NCBI RefSeq assembly: GCF_051201565.1
Contig: NZ_CP179200.1
Location: forward strand, 630,001 to 662,000
Length of the DNA stretch: 32,000 nucleotides
Direction of reading: 5' to 3'
Source: Pseudothioglobus sp. nBUS_23
GTDB taxonomy: Bacteria; Pseudomonadota; Gammaproteobacteria; PS1; Pseudothioglobaceae
The notes beneath the pieces were generated by a model that had not been told where the DNA came from, searched no databases, and worked only from the letters and a program-made list of their open reading frames with translations. Position numbers and translations under genes: made by a program. Below are positions 1-8,239 of this stretch, in pieces (position 1 is the first letter of the stretch; every line of letters starts with the position of its first letter).

Positions 1-540
1 ATTGGTTATTAAGTCACCAGATTTCAAAATGCTTGCTGGATAAAAGTTATCATTTTCATTGCTACCTCTTAAAATTAAAGGCATATCAAGAGACATAGCT
101 CGTCCAGGTGTTTTTGCAAGATCTAGTGCTCGGCCGAGCCAGCCGGTCTTTTCAGAAAAAGGAGTCAATCCTGCTCCTTGCATTAAATTTTGTCCTTCAA
201 AATGAGACCTTAACACATATGGAAAATTAGTAGCGTGAATGACGGCTGCATTGTTCTTAGCCATCAAACCAGCAAAATATTTAAAAGAGGGGTGCAGCCC
301 AAAAAATGAGTTCAGCTTTAGATAGTTCTGCGATACCAGATCTTTTCTCATCTTTAATAAATTTGGGTCTCCAAATGGGGGGACAGCAGTCAGTCCATCC
401 ATTCCTCCTTCTAGAATAATTACTGAAATAGTTCCAGGAGGTTTGTCCTGAGAATAGCCTGGAATCGGGAGGCCAGCTAAAAATAAAGAAGCACCAGATG
501 CTTTTAAAAAATCTCTTCTTGTTAAATTGATATTAGGCAT
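1..540 (-). CDS. DUF1501 family protein (alkaline-phosphatase/sulfatase-like superfamily), copy A. Only the N-terminal ~180 codons are present because the gene runs off the left edge.
   Basis: I translated the minus strand by hand from the ATG at 540..538: MPNINLTRRDFLKASGASLFLAGLPIPG...VIILEGGMDGLTAVPPFGDPN...SHFEGQNLMQGAG...GWLGRALDLAK. It has a twin-arginine motif (TRRDFLK) and is colinear with, and clearly paralogous to, the complete ORF at 3549..4700. The ORF track omits it because it is edge-truncated. Confidence 0.85.
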   Translation of the reverse strand, partial: MPNINLTRRDFLKASGASLFLAGLPIPGYSQDKPPGTISVIILEGGMDGLTAVPPFGDPNLLKMRKDLVSQNYLKLNSFFGLHPSFKYFAGLMAKNNAAVIHATNFPYVLRSHFEGQNLMQGAGLTPFSEKTGWLGRALDLAKTPGRAMSLDMPLILRGSNENDNFYPASILKSGDLITN

Positions 541-1990
541 TTTTTAACCCCATAAGTTCAGGACTACACATTAAAGCAATGAATTTTTCATTCTCGTACT
601 TTCCAACTCGATTAACGAGATCTCGAGTGGCACTATTGGCTCCAATTCGATCCATAATTTCTGATGACGAGAATTGAGGGCGTCCAACTCTATAGATAGC
701 ATCAGCAAACCTGATTCTTCGCTCAAACATTTCACCTGAGAGCCATTCATTTTTATCACTCGAGTATCCATCGGGCTGCCTTGCAAGCCAAAAACTCTGA
801 CCCAGCTCTTCATAAGTTTTACGGTGATTCATGAGGTTATTATCATATCCAAAGACCTCATCCCAGCCCATGAAAAAAGTAGCATTGCTCAGCCTAATGG
901 TTTGAAATAGCCAAGTCATTGGCCATTGGAACTTTGGCTCTTTCGATAGAATTGCTCTTTCAATAACAGCGGTATGAATTTGATCTAAATTACCATTTCC
1001 TTTTCTCCAGGCATTCTCGATATAGCTAACATCTGATTGGCTAGGATTGTCACTCACAAAGTGCTGGGCAAGTTTGATTGAAAGGTGAGAAATGGTATGC
1101 TCATGCATTGCTAGAAAATCTGTCAGCTCTCTTAAACCTCCTTTGCCCTGGTTGATGGTTTTACCCATTACTCTTTTAACTCCTGGCTGGGCCCAGGTTC
1201 TCTTGTATACATCCCAATGATCAGTCGTATTAGCTAACGCTCTCATTTCGTTTAATGGTTTTTCTAGCTCAGTTCCCCATCCCGCTAGAACATTTGCCGC
1301 ATTCCTAATATCAGTCTCAGAATATTTTGCTGATGGGGACACAGAGTGAAGCTCCAAAAGCTCTCTCCCTAAATTATCATTAAGGCCTGCCTGTCTGCCG
1401 TTTCTTCTTTGCTCTCTAGTTTCAGTTGAGTCCTCACCTGAGCTCCAGATATTGTCTAAATAAATCAGCATCGAAGGATGAGAGGTGGCCTTGTAAAGCA
1501 TTTCTGAAAATGAGCTATTTAAGTTAGCTAGTATCGCTTCATCTATTAAGTGACCAATGACGTTTTGATTGTCATGTATGTTGCCCGTTGTGAAATGATT
1601 TGCCCAAAAATTCATAAAGCGAATTTTTATTTGGTCCTGACCATAAACATTTCTATGAGAAAACTTCAAAGAATCTTTTTGTCCCATCAGATTTTTTTCC
1701 TCATTCGCTGTTTTAGCTGCCTGAGTATCTTGGCCATCAATCTTCTCTCTCTCTTTCTTTCGATTCGCTCTGTAAAGAGTCCACATCTCTGCCCTTTTCT
1801 TAAGGTTAGGCTGGAGCTCTCTAGGCCACTCCTTAATATCAGAGTTCATGGATTTAAAGCTTTTGATTCCAAGTGCTGGCGACTTGGCATTGAGTTGGCT
1901 TATTGCCCAGGACTTAATGTCATCAGGTAGTGGTGTTTCACCTCTAAACATAAGGCCAAGCTTCTGTGCAATCCTGAACTGCTCATTCAT
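533..1990 (-). CDS. DUF1800 family protein, copy A
   Basis: The long ORF is 533..2002 in the track, starting at TTG. Conserved blocks match what I recall of DUF1800: FWxNHFT, HPAMLxYLDN-like (HPSMLIYLDN), NDNLGRELLELHSVS, HEHT, FxALMCSPE. I placed the start at ATG 1990 (MNEQFR...) because that ATG and the following residues are conserved in paralog B. The TAA stop overlaps the DUF1501 start by 8 nt. Confidence 0.85.
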   Translation of the reverse strand: MNEQFRIAQKLGLMFRGETPLPDDIKSWAISQLNAKSPALGIKSFKSMNSDIKEWPRELQPNLKKRAEMWTLYRANRKKEREKIDGQDTQAAKTANEEKNLMGQKDSLKFSHRNVYGQDQIKIRFMNFWANHFTTGNIHDNQNVIGHLIDEAILANLNSSFSEMLYKATSHPSMLIYLDNIWSSGEDSTETREQRRNGRQAGLNDNLGRELLELHSVSPSAKYSETDIRNAANVLAGWGTELEKPLNEMRALANTTDHWDVYKRTWAQPGVKRVMGKTINQGKGGLRELTDFLAMHEHTISHLSIKLAQHFVSDNPSQSDVSYIENAWRKGNGNLDQIHTAVIERAILSKEPKFQWPMTWLFQTIRLSNATFFMGWDEVFGYDNNLMNHRKTYEELGQSFWLARQPDGYSSDKNEWLSGEMFERRIRFADAIYRVGRPQFSSSEIMDRIGANSATRDLVNRVGKYENEKFIALMCSPELMGLKNA

Positions 1991-2158
1991 AAAATAATTC
2001 AAAATAAACTACAATACTCAAAGTATATCACTTTGGACTAGATTATATTTTTGAAAATATATATATTTTTTTTAAGGATTTAATTATTTTGCGTTTATCT
2101 ATTAAAAGTTTTCTGATAATGCTCTACAAGGCACCAAAGTAATTTTGTTACTTTTAAG

Positions 2159-3514
2159 CTATCGATCTACATTTGATTCAAGGTAAGAAACTATACTTGG
2201 AGATGCAGAAAGAATTGCCCTGTAAAGGCTTTTAGCTTCTGAATTGGTTTGATTGTTAAAGAAATCAAAGTAACATTTTTGTTTTTTAGCAATTTCAATA
2301 TCATAAGTTGAAATGACAAAGGACAGCTTATCCCACCACCAACCAGGAAGTTTCCCGCAATGCTCAATTGAAGGTTTAGCAAAATCTTTCAAAGGCGCTA
2401 TTTCATTTTCATTGGTAATTAGAACTAAGACAGTAAAGTCCTCGCTTTCACGAATTGAGGCAAGAGAGTTAATAGCTAAATTTTTTTTCAAATTATCACT
2501 TTCTATTACTCCACTAATATGCGCTTTATGGAGCTCATCATCGTGAAGTTTTTTAGAATCTTCAGGGGGTGCATTTGCTTTAAAAACTCCATCTAAATAT
2601 TTGATATTGAACACTGTATTTGGTCCTAAAACATATGGTTGGTAAATCTTATTCAAGAGCCTAAGTTCAGCTTTTTCTTTAGCTAGCGCTTCTTTGTAAA
2701 GTTTTTCAGCATTATCTTTTGCGAGTTTCTTTTTCTCAATCTCTTTACTATCCAGACAATTAAAGATAGTCATGACCCCACCAGCCCAATCCTGAACATC
2801 AATCCAAATTTCTGCAGCCGAGTATGAGTCTATAGATCTGTAATTGAGCGTCTTTGATTTTTGGTGTTTTTTTAGTTCAATAAAAAGTGGTTTTTCTGCT
2901 GCCTCGCCGTTATTAACAAACAAATGAAAGTAGGCCATTTTGCCAACAATGTGCCCATCTTTTGTTAAGCGTAAATTAACTTCATCTTTCATATATTTGG
3001 GGTCATTAGAGAGTCCACCTGTTTTCCATCTGCCATCCAGCGTAACCTTAGAGCCATTGATAATTAATGATCCGTGGGCCAAATTCCAGTCTTCAATCTC
3101 TCCTTCCGGATTGTTTTCATAAACAACGCGTCGAAGCCTAAATCCACAGATGAGTTGACTTTGAAGATTAGCTAGCTGGTATTGTTTAAAAGATTTCGTA
3201 AAGTCTGCAGCATTCTCCTGCGGTGCGATTTGAATCAGTTCTTCTAGAACATCTTCACTAAAGACAATGTCGTAAATTTCTATTCCTGAATTATCAGAGC
3301 TTTGATCTGATGATGCATTGGGATCAATTGATGCAATGCCGTCGGTACAAAGAATGCCTCTTTTTTTAACCTCATCAGCAATGTACTCAGGTGGAGAAGA
3401 TTGCTGCATCCAACCGCAAAGCGCATCATCAGGCCAATCATCAAGGTAGTTAGCATTGACAATATTAGCTGTAAATAATAATAAAAAAACAAGTAATGTC
3501 TTGAGTCGTCTCAT
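2159..3514 (-). CDS. Hypothetical secreted protein (451 aa) with a Sec signal peptide, a central Lys/Glu-rich probable coiled-coil, and no family I recognise
   Basis: It is a long ORF with N-terminus MRRLKTLLVFLLLFTANIVNA/NY, typical of a cleavable signal peptide. The segment EIEKKKLAKDNAEKLYKEALAKEKAELRLLNK looks like a coiled-coil. It lies on the same strand as the flanking DUF1800/DUF1501 pairs, 34 nt downstream of DUF1501 copy B. Confidence 0.7.
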   Translation of the reverse strand: MRRLKTLLVFLLLFTANIVNANYLDDWPDDALCGWMQQSSPPEYIADEVKKRGILCTDGIASIDPNASSDQSSDNSGIEIYDIVFSEDVLEELIQIAPQENAADFTKSFKQYQLANLQSQLICGFRLRRVVYENNPEGEIEDWNLAHGSLIINGSKVTLDGRWKTGGLSNDPKYMKDEVNLRLTKDGHIVGKMAYFHLFVNNGEAAEKPLFIELKKHQKSKTLNYRSIDSYSAAEIWIDVQDWAGGVMTIFNCLDSKEIEKKKLAKDNAEKLYKEALAKEKAELRLLNKIYQPYVLGPNTVFNIKYLDGVFKANAPPEDSKKLHDDELHKAHISGVIESDNLKKNLAINSLASIRESEDFTVLVLITNENEIAPLKDFAKPSIEHCGKLPGWWWDKLSFVISTYDIEIAKKQKCYFDFFNNQTNSEAKSLYRAILSASPSIVSYLESNVDR

Positions 3515-3548
3515 AAATTGCGACCTAAAGAGTCCTTTTGATTAAGAT

Positions 3549-4700
3549 TCAAGAAAAAATGAAATCAAATACTCTAGGGAGTTTTGAGTCAAAGAACACT
3601 TGACTTGCAATCAAATCATGATCGAGACCTAGGGACTTTTCAATACATGCAGCGCAGACTGATCGATAATCTATCGTTGCCATCAAATCTCTTTGTTCAT
3701 ACTGCTCATTTTTGGCAAGTCCAGGCCAATTCGCTATCACCCTAGACTTTTTAATGCTCCCTCCGGCAATCAGACCAACGGTTCCATAGCCATGATCAGT
3801 TCCCCAAGTGCCGTTCATTGCAACAGTCCTTCCAAACTCAGTCAGTGTCAAGATAATACTTCTATCCCATGCAGTGCCGAGTCCTCTCTTGTAGGCTGCA
3901 ATAACGTTATCAACTTTCGCTAACCTATCGCCATGATCCTTTCCCTCGCCATCACCTTGGCTTGCATGCGTATCAAAGTCATCAAGCCTAATGACTGATG
4001 CGACTGGACCTCCTTTTTTTGACATAGCATTTCCAGCATATTCTGCCAAACTCTCAGCATCTCTGGGTATATCTCCAAGATTTTCAATACTCTTCTGCTT
4101 CACTTTTTGAAAGATTTTTGCGCTGTCCATGCTGTGGACTTTTGAGAGTGTATCAACAAGGTTATTGTTTATTTTGTTTGAATTTTGTATGTTTGCTGGA
4201 AAGAAATTATCATTTTCATTGTATCCTCTCAAAATTAAAGGCATGTCAAGTGAAAGCGCTCTACCAGGGATTTTTGCCAACTCAAGAGATCGTCCAAGCC
4301 AGCCTGTTTTTTCAGAAAACGGACTTAAACCGCCGCCTTCAATCAGATTTTGACCTTCAAAGTGAGATCTCTTCTTGTATGGAAACGACGTTGCATGAAC
4401 TATAGAGGCATTGTTCGTAGCCATGAAGGATGACAGTTTTTTCAGAGAGGGATGAAGTCCAAAGAATGAGTTAAGTTTCAAGTAATCCTCTGGAATGAGA
4501 GAGCTTCTCATTTTTTCAAGGTTAGGGTCACCAAACGGAGGAACTGCAGTCAAACCATCCATTCCGCCTTCTAAGATAATCACTGAAATGTTTCCAGGAG
4601 GGTTATCACTAGTAAAGCCTGGCAGAGGGATACCAGATAAGAATAGTGAGGCACCTGATGCCTTTAAAAAATCCCTTCTTGTTAAATTTATATTATGCAT
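3549..4700 (-). CDS. DUF1501 family protein, copy B, complete and Tat-targeted
   Basis: The twin-arginine motif is in MHNINLTRRDFLKASGASLFLSG. The C-terminal metal-site-like block LTEFGRTVAMNGTWGTDHGYG is typical of DUF1501. The track begins at TTG 4706, but ATG 4700 matches the start of paralog A (MPNINLTRRDFLK), so I prefer it. Confidence 0.9.
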   Translation of the reverse strand: MHNINLTRRDFLKASGASLFLSGIPLPGFTSDNPPGNISVIILEGGMDGLTAVPPFGDPNLEKMRSSLIPEDYLKLNSFFGLHPSLKKLSSFMATNNASIVHATSFPYKKRSHFEGQNLIEGGGLSPFSEKTGWLGRSLELAKIPGRALSLDMPLILRGYNENDNFFPANIQNSNKINNNLVDTLSKVHSMDSAKIFQKVKQKSIENLGDIPRDAESLAEYAGNAMSKKGGPVASVIRLDDFDTHASQGDGEGKDHGDRLAKVDNVIAAYKRGLGTAWDRSIILTLTEFGRTVAMNGTWGTDHGYGTVGLIAGGSIKKSRVIANWPGLAKNEQYEQRDLMATIDYRSVCAACIEKSLGLDHDLIASQVFFDSKLPRVFDFIFS

Positions 4701-6141
4701 GATCAAGCCCCATAAGTTCTGGACTGCACATCAGAGCAATGAACTGATTTTTTCTAGAAGAACCAAGACTGGTAATCAAATTTCGTGTTTCCCTGTTTGC
4801 TCCGATACGATCCATAATGACTTCAGGATCCCTTATGCCACCACCTGAATTATAAATGGACTCTGAAAAACGAATACGCCTCTCAAACATCTCTCCAGAT
4901 ATCCAGTCTTCTTTCTTACTTGAGTATCCGTTAGGTTGCCTTTGAACCCAAAAAGACTGCCCCAACTCTTCAAAGATCCTTCTGGTTTCCATGGTCCTAT
5001 CTAAATAAGTATCAACCTCGCTCCAACCTTTAAAGTACCTCGAATCTGTGAGCCTTACAACCTGAAAAAGCCAGGTCATTGGCCATTGAAACTTAGGCTC
5101 TTTTGATTCTATTGCTCTTTCTATGACCGCTGTATGAATGCTTTCTAAACTGCCATTATTTTTTCGCCATGCATTAGCAATAAAATCAACATCACTCTGT
5201 TTTGGCTCATCACTTACAAAGTGTTCAGCAAGCTTATAAGATAAATGAGTAATTGTGTGTTCATGATTAGCCAAAAAATCAGTGAGCTGCCTAAGCCCTT
5301 GCTTGCCCTGATAAATAGTTTTGCCAAGGACAACTTTACTGCCAGGCTCTGCCCAGTTCTTTTTGTACATGTCCCAATGATTAGTCGTGCCACCTTGCTC
5401 GATGAGAGAATTAGGGGGATTTCCTTGAACATCCATTCCCCATCCTGCTAGCACTTTTGCTGCATCTCTTATGTCATCTTCACTGTAGTTCGCGCTCGGT
5501 GACACGGTATGAAGTTCCAACAATTCTCTGCCGAGGTTGTCATTAAGACCTGCCTGTTCATTCCTAGAGCGAGCCCATCTCACATGGTTCGAATTAGGTC
5601 CAGCGCTGATGTGGTTATCAAGATACATGAGCATTGCTGGATGGGTTGTTGCTTTGTATAGCATGTCTGAAAATGAGTCATCAAAGCTTGCTAGGATGCC
5701 TTCTTCCATGGCATGGCTTGAAAGCTCTCTTGACTCAAAGCCGCCCATCGTAAAGTGATTGGTCCAAAATGAGACAAGCCTCTGACGAATTTGATCTGAA
5801 CCGTAAGCATTTTGGTGAGCAAACTTGAGCATGTCTTTTTTATGCATCCGATTCTCTCTATCGTTTGCTTGCTTAGCGGCCTCAGTGTCATAACCCTTGA
5901 TTTTTTGTCTTCTCTTTTTTGTGTTCTCCCAGTGGCGCCTCATCATAGCGGCTCGCTCATCAAGGTTGGGCTGAAGAGATTTAGGCCAAGGTTTGATTTC
6001 AGAGTAAACCGTTTCTGTTCCAAGAACTGGTGAGGGTGCATTCAGTTGTTTAATGGCCCAAGATTTGATGTCTACCGGAAGGGATTCTTCAGATCGAAAC
6101 ATGAGGCCTAATTTTTGAGCAACTCTAAACTGTTCATTCAT
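4693..6141 (-). CDS. DUF1800 family protein, copy B
   Basis: It is a full-length paralog of 533..1990, roughly 60% identical by eye, with the same conserved blocks: FWTNHFT, HPAMLMYLDN, NDNLGRELLELHTVS, HEHT, FIALMCSPELMGL. The track start is TTG 6159; the conserved ATG at 6141 (MNEQFRVAQKLGLMFR) is preferred. The stop overlaps the DUF1501 start by 8 nt. Confidence 0.85.
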   Translation of the reverse strand: MNEQFRVAQKLGLMFRSEESLPVDIKSWAIKQLNAPSPVLGTETVYSEIKPWPKSLQPNLDERAAMMRRHWENTKKRRQKIKGYDTEAAKQANDRENRMHKKDMLKFAHQNAYGSDQIRQRLVSFWTNHFTMGGFESRELSSHAMEEGILASFDDSFSDMLYKATTHPAMLMYLDNHISAGPNSNHVRWARSRNEQAGLNDNLGRELLELHTVSPSANYSEDDIRDAAKVLAGWGMDVQGNPPNSLIEQGGTTNHWDMYKKNWAEPGSKVVLGKTIYQGKQGLRQLTDFLANHEHTITHLSYKLAEHFVSDEPKQSDVDFIANAWRKNNGSLESIHTAVIERAIESKEPKFQWPMTWLFQVVRLTDSRYFKGWSEVDTYLDRTMETRRIFEELGQSFWVQRQPNGYSSKKEDWISGEMFERRIRFSESIYNSGGGIRDPEVIMDRIGANRETRNLITSLGSSRKNQFIALMCSPELMGLDHA

Positions 6142-6316
6142 GAAAAAATTATAGCTCAAAAAGAGTACAAATGTCTTTTATTGTCTCAGAGAGGATGTCT
6201 ATATCATCTACTAAAATCAAAATAAAAAACGAGGATTACTTAATTATTTATTAATTTTCAATGGGTTAAATGTTTGATTAAGTATAGGTTATAAAGACCT
6301 ACAAAAATAGTGGATT

Positions 6317-6345
6317 TTGACACTTATTTTTATATTTAAATATTA
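6317..6345 (+). promoter_or_regulatory. Candidate sigma-70 promoter for the 6371 operon
   Basis: A perfect TTGACA sits at 6317..6322, followed about 17-18 nt later by A/T-rich -10-like hexamers (atatta/tattag). It lies in the divergent intergenic region 6160..6370. The background is very AT-rich, so the specificity of this call is low. Confidence 0.25.
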
Positions 6346-6370
6346 GCATTATTAAATCTATAAAAATAAT

Positions 6371-7294
6371 ATGAGAATATCCAGTTCAAAGCTAACTCAA
6401 ACTATTTTAAGCGCTGCTCTTACCATGACTCTTGGTGTTTCTCTGAGTGTCAATGCAGACGACTCAGAACAAATTAAGTCCTCACTCATGAGCAGAATGA
6501 CGAGTGCGACTAACTCACTTATCTCATCAGGTATTGGGGCAATGCTAAGCCCCAATTTTGACACGGTAGAGGTCAGCACGAATCTAAAAGAGGGTGATTC
6601 AACCGTAGATATTGGAGTTCTAAAAGCCTATGGTGATAACCCGAACTCGTTTCTTTTTAATCAGATCAATCTAAATCGATATGATGAGCGAACTACATTG
6701 AATTTAGGATTGGGCTATCGAAGACTAAATGATGATGAAACTTGGATGACTGGAGTTAACGCTTTTTATGATCACGAGTTTCCAGATGATCACAAAAGAA
6801 ATGGTGTTGGCTTTGAAGTTGTGAGTTCTGTTTTGGAGTCAAGAGTCAATATTTATAACGGAACAACGGGCTATAAGAAAGATAAAAGTGGTACAGATTC
6901 TAAAGCCTTAGATGGCAGAGATATGGGCTTTAAGGTAGCACTTCCGTATCTACCTGGAATGAAGTTTGGAATGAATGCTTTTGCATGGAAAGGCATTGAT
7001 GGCATGAAAGATAAAAAAGGTAGAAAGTACACCTTAGGTGGAAATCTATCAGACAACCTCACACTTAACTATGTTCGAACTGACTATAAAGATGCAGCGA
7101 CTAAAGACACCAATAGCATCAATCTAAAATACACTTGGAGCTTTGGACAAAAAAGCACAAAGCCCAAATTATTTGATTTATCTAGCACAGCCTATAAGCT
7201 TGAAAAATTGGGAGATGAACGGTATAGCTTAGTTCAGCGTGAAAACAAGATTGTCAAGAAATTATCTGCATCAGTAACCTTAACTGGAATTTAA
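6371..7294 (+). CDS. Inverse autotransporter (intimin/invasin family, type Ve) beta-barrel domain protein with essentially no passenger
   Basis: The signal peptide is ...LGVSLSVNA/DD. The barrel motifs SFLFNQINLNRYDERTTLNLGLGYRRLNDDETWMTGVNAFYDHEF and the linker signature GDERYSLVQRENKIV match the intimin/invasin beta-domain as I recall it (..NLGLGWRHF..WMxGVNxFxDxD.. and ..GSRYDLVxRNNNIxLEY). Only 12 residues follow the linker signature. Confidence 0.8.
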   Translation: MRISSSKLTQTILSAALTMTLGVSLSVNADDSEQIKSSLMSRMTSATNSLISSGIGAMLSPNFDTVEVSTNLKEGDSTVDIGVLKAYGDNPNSFLFNQINLNRYDERTTLNLGLGYRRLNDDETWMTGVNAFYDHEFPDDHKRNGVGFEVVSSVLESRVNIYNGTTGYKKDKSGTDSKALDGRDMGFKVALPYLPGMKFGMNAFAWKGIDGMKDKKGRKYTLGGNLSDNLTLNYVRTDYKDAATKDTNSINLKYTWSFGQKSTKPKLFDLSSTAYKLEKLGDERYSLVQRENKIVKKLSASVTLTGI

Positions 7295-7295
7295 T

Positions 7296-8189
7296 ATGAA
7301 AACAATAATCACTAACAAATTCTCTAGAGCATTTGCAGTATTACTCTTATTAACCTTAAGCGGAGTTGTGACTGCCAATACCGAATGTACTTATAACTCA
7401 GATAATCAAATCACTACTGACGTGTCTGGCGATGGTTGGTGCCTAGAAAGGGATTCTTTAGCGCGCAAAGTTTCAGCTTATAAATTTGGTCTTTGCACTG
7501 AACTACCTTACGCTAATAATTTTCAAAGTGTCTGCGAATTTATTTATGAATCTGATGCAGCTCTCGAGCTAATTGCAGAAAAAGGCGTCACGAGTTCAGT
7601 CAGTGGAATTGGTGATTTTTTCCTGACACATGATAAATTGTTCACCCACTCGGTTTTGTTACTCGACTATAACAGCGCAACCAAAGGTTTAGCACAGTTT
7701 ACTGAAGCGCAGACCGGAAGCACAGGAACCGGCACTTACTGCTGGTCCAATGGTCGCAAATTTTATGATGTAGACTCTAGTGATCGAACTAAGTGGAGTG
7801 CCGAGTGCGGCACCCTGGCTGAATCAAATCCGCAATGGAACTCGCGATCTTACCATCTCTTTGCTGACGCAGGTAATCCAAACATACCTGCGTTAGAGCG
7901 CAATTTCCCAAATTGGGATGGTGGCTGGACCAATATTTTATTGGACTCTAACCTAGATGCTGCGGCCTATACCAGCTCCGCGCCATATGATTTTGATAGT
8001 ACGACCAATACAAAGTACTGGCTAGCTGGAAGGGGAATCGACTCAGGAAGAGGCATCACCGTCACTCCACTTACTAAAGGCCTTGATATACAGTTTAAAG
8101 TTTCTTGGGGTAATACCATTAGCCATAATTCTACTGGTATTTGGAGCATGTCTCCCGCCGGCTTTGATTTGACAATAGATTTAAAATAA
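7296..8189 (+). CDS. Hypothetical secreted protein (297 aa) with its own signal peptide, six Cys in the mature part, and no family I recognise
   Basis: The ATG is 1 nt after the upstream TAA (taatATG). The signal peptide is MKTIITNKFSRAFAVLLLLTLSGVVTA/NTEC. The mature protein is rich in Ser, Thr, Gly and Asn. It is followed by a hairpin plus T-run. Confidence 0.7.
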   Translation: MKTIITNKFSRAFAVLLLLTLSGVVTANTECTYNSDNQITTDVSGDGWCLERDSLARKVSAYKFGLCTELPYANNFQSVCEFIYESDAALELIAEKGVTSSVSGIGDFFLTHDKLFTHSVLLLDYNSATKGLAQFTEAQTGSTGTGTYCWSNGRKFYDVDSSDRTKWSAECGTLAESNPQWNSRSYHLFADAGNPNIPALERNFPNWDGGWTNILLDSNLDAAAYTSSAPYDFDSTTNTKYWLAGRGIDSGRGITVTPLTKGLDIQFKVSWGNTISHNSTGIWSMSPAGFDLTIDLK

Positions 8190-8239
8190 TAATTTTCAAT
8201 AAAGATTAGTTTAAAGATTTATTATCCAGAAACGCTAGC

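Larger units (their letters stand above)
1..2002 (-). repeat. Copy A of a diverged segmental duplication covering the DUF1800+DUF1501 pair. Copy B is about 4161..6159.
   Basis: Nucleotide stretches are alignable by eye. For example, gcttgctggataaaagttatcattttcattgctacctcttaaaattaaaggcatatcaag (near 30-100) matches gtttgctggaaagaaattatcattttcattgtatcctctcaaaattaaaggcatgtcaag (near 4190-4250). The proteins are colinear along their full length and the gene junction is identical in both copies. Confidence 0.8.

Noticed and set aside
4701-4706. TTG at 4706 as the DUF1501(B) start, and TTG at 2002 and 6159 as the DUF1800 starts
   Set aside because: In each case a downstream ATG and the residues following it are conserved between the two paralogs, whereas the extra N-terminal residues are not. 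The ATG starts were therefore preferred, and the choice does not affect any conclusion.
7286-7300. The idea that the IAT barrel and the downstream ORF are one gene split by a nonsense or frameshift mutation (a pseudogene)
   Set aside because: The downstream ORF begins with a complete, canonical signal peptide: a basic n-region, a Leu-rich h-region and a VTA cleavage site. That would make no sense inside a passenger. The ORFs are also in different frames with a clean TAA-T-ATG junction. I therefore treat them as two genuine genes.
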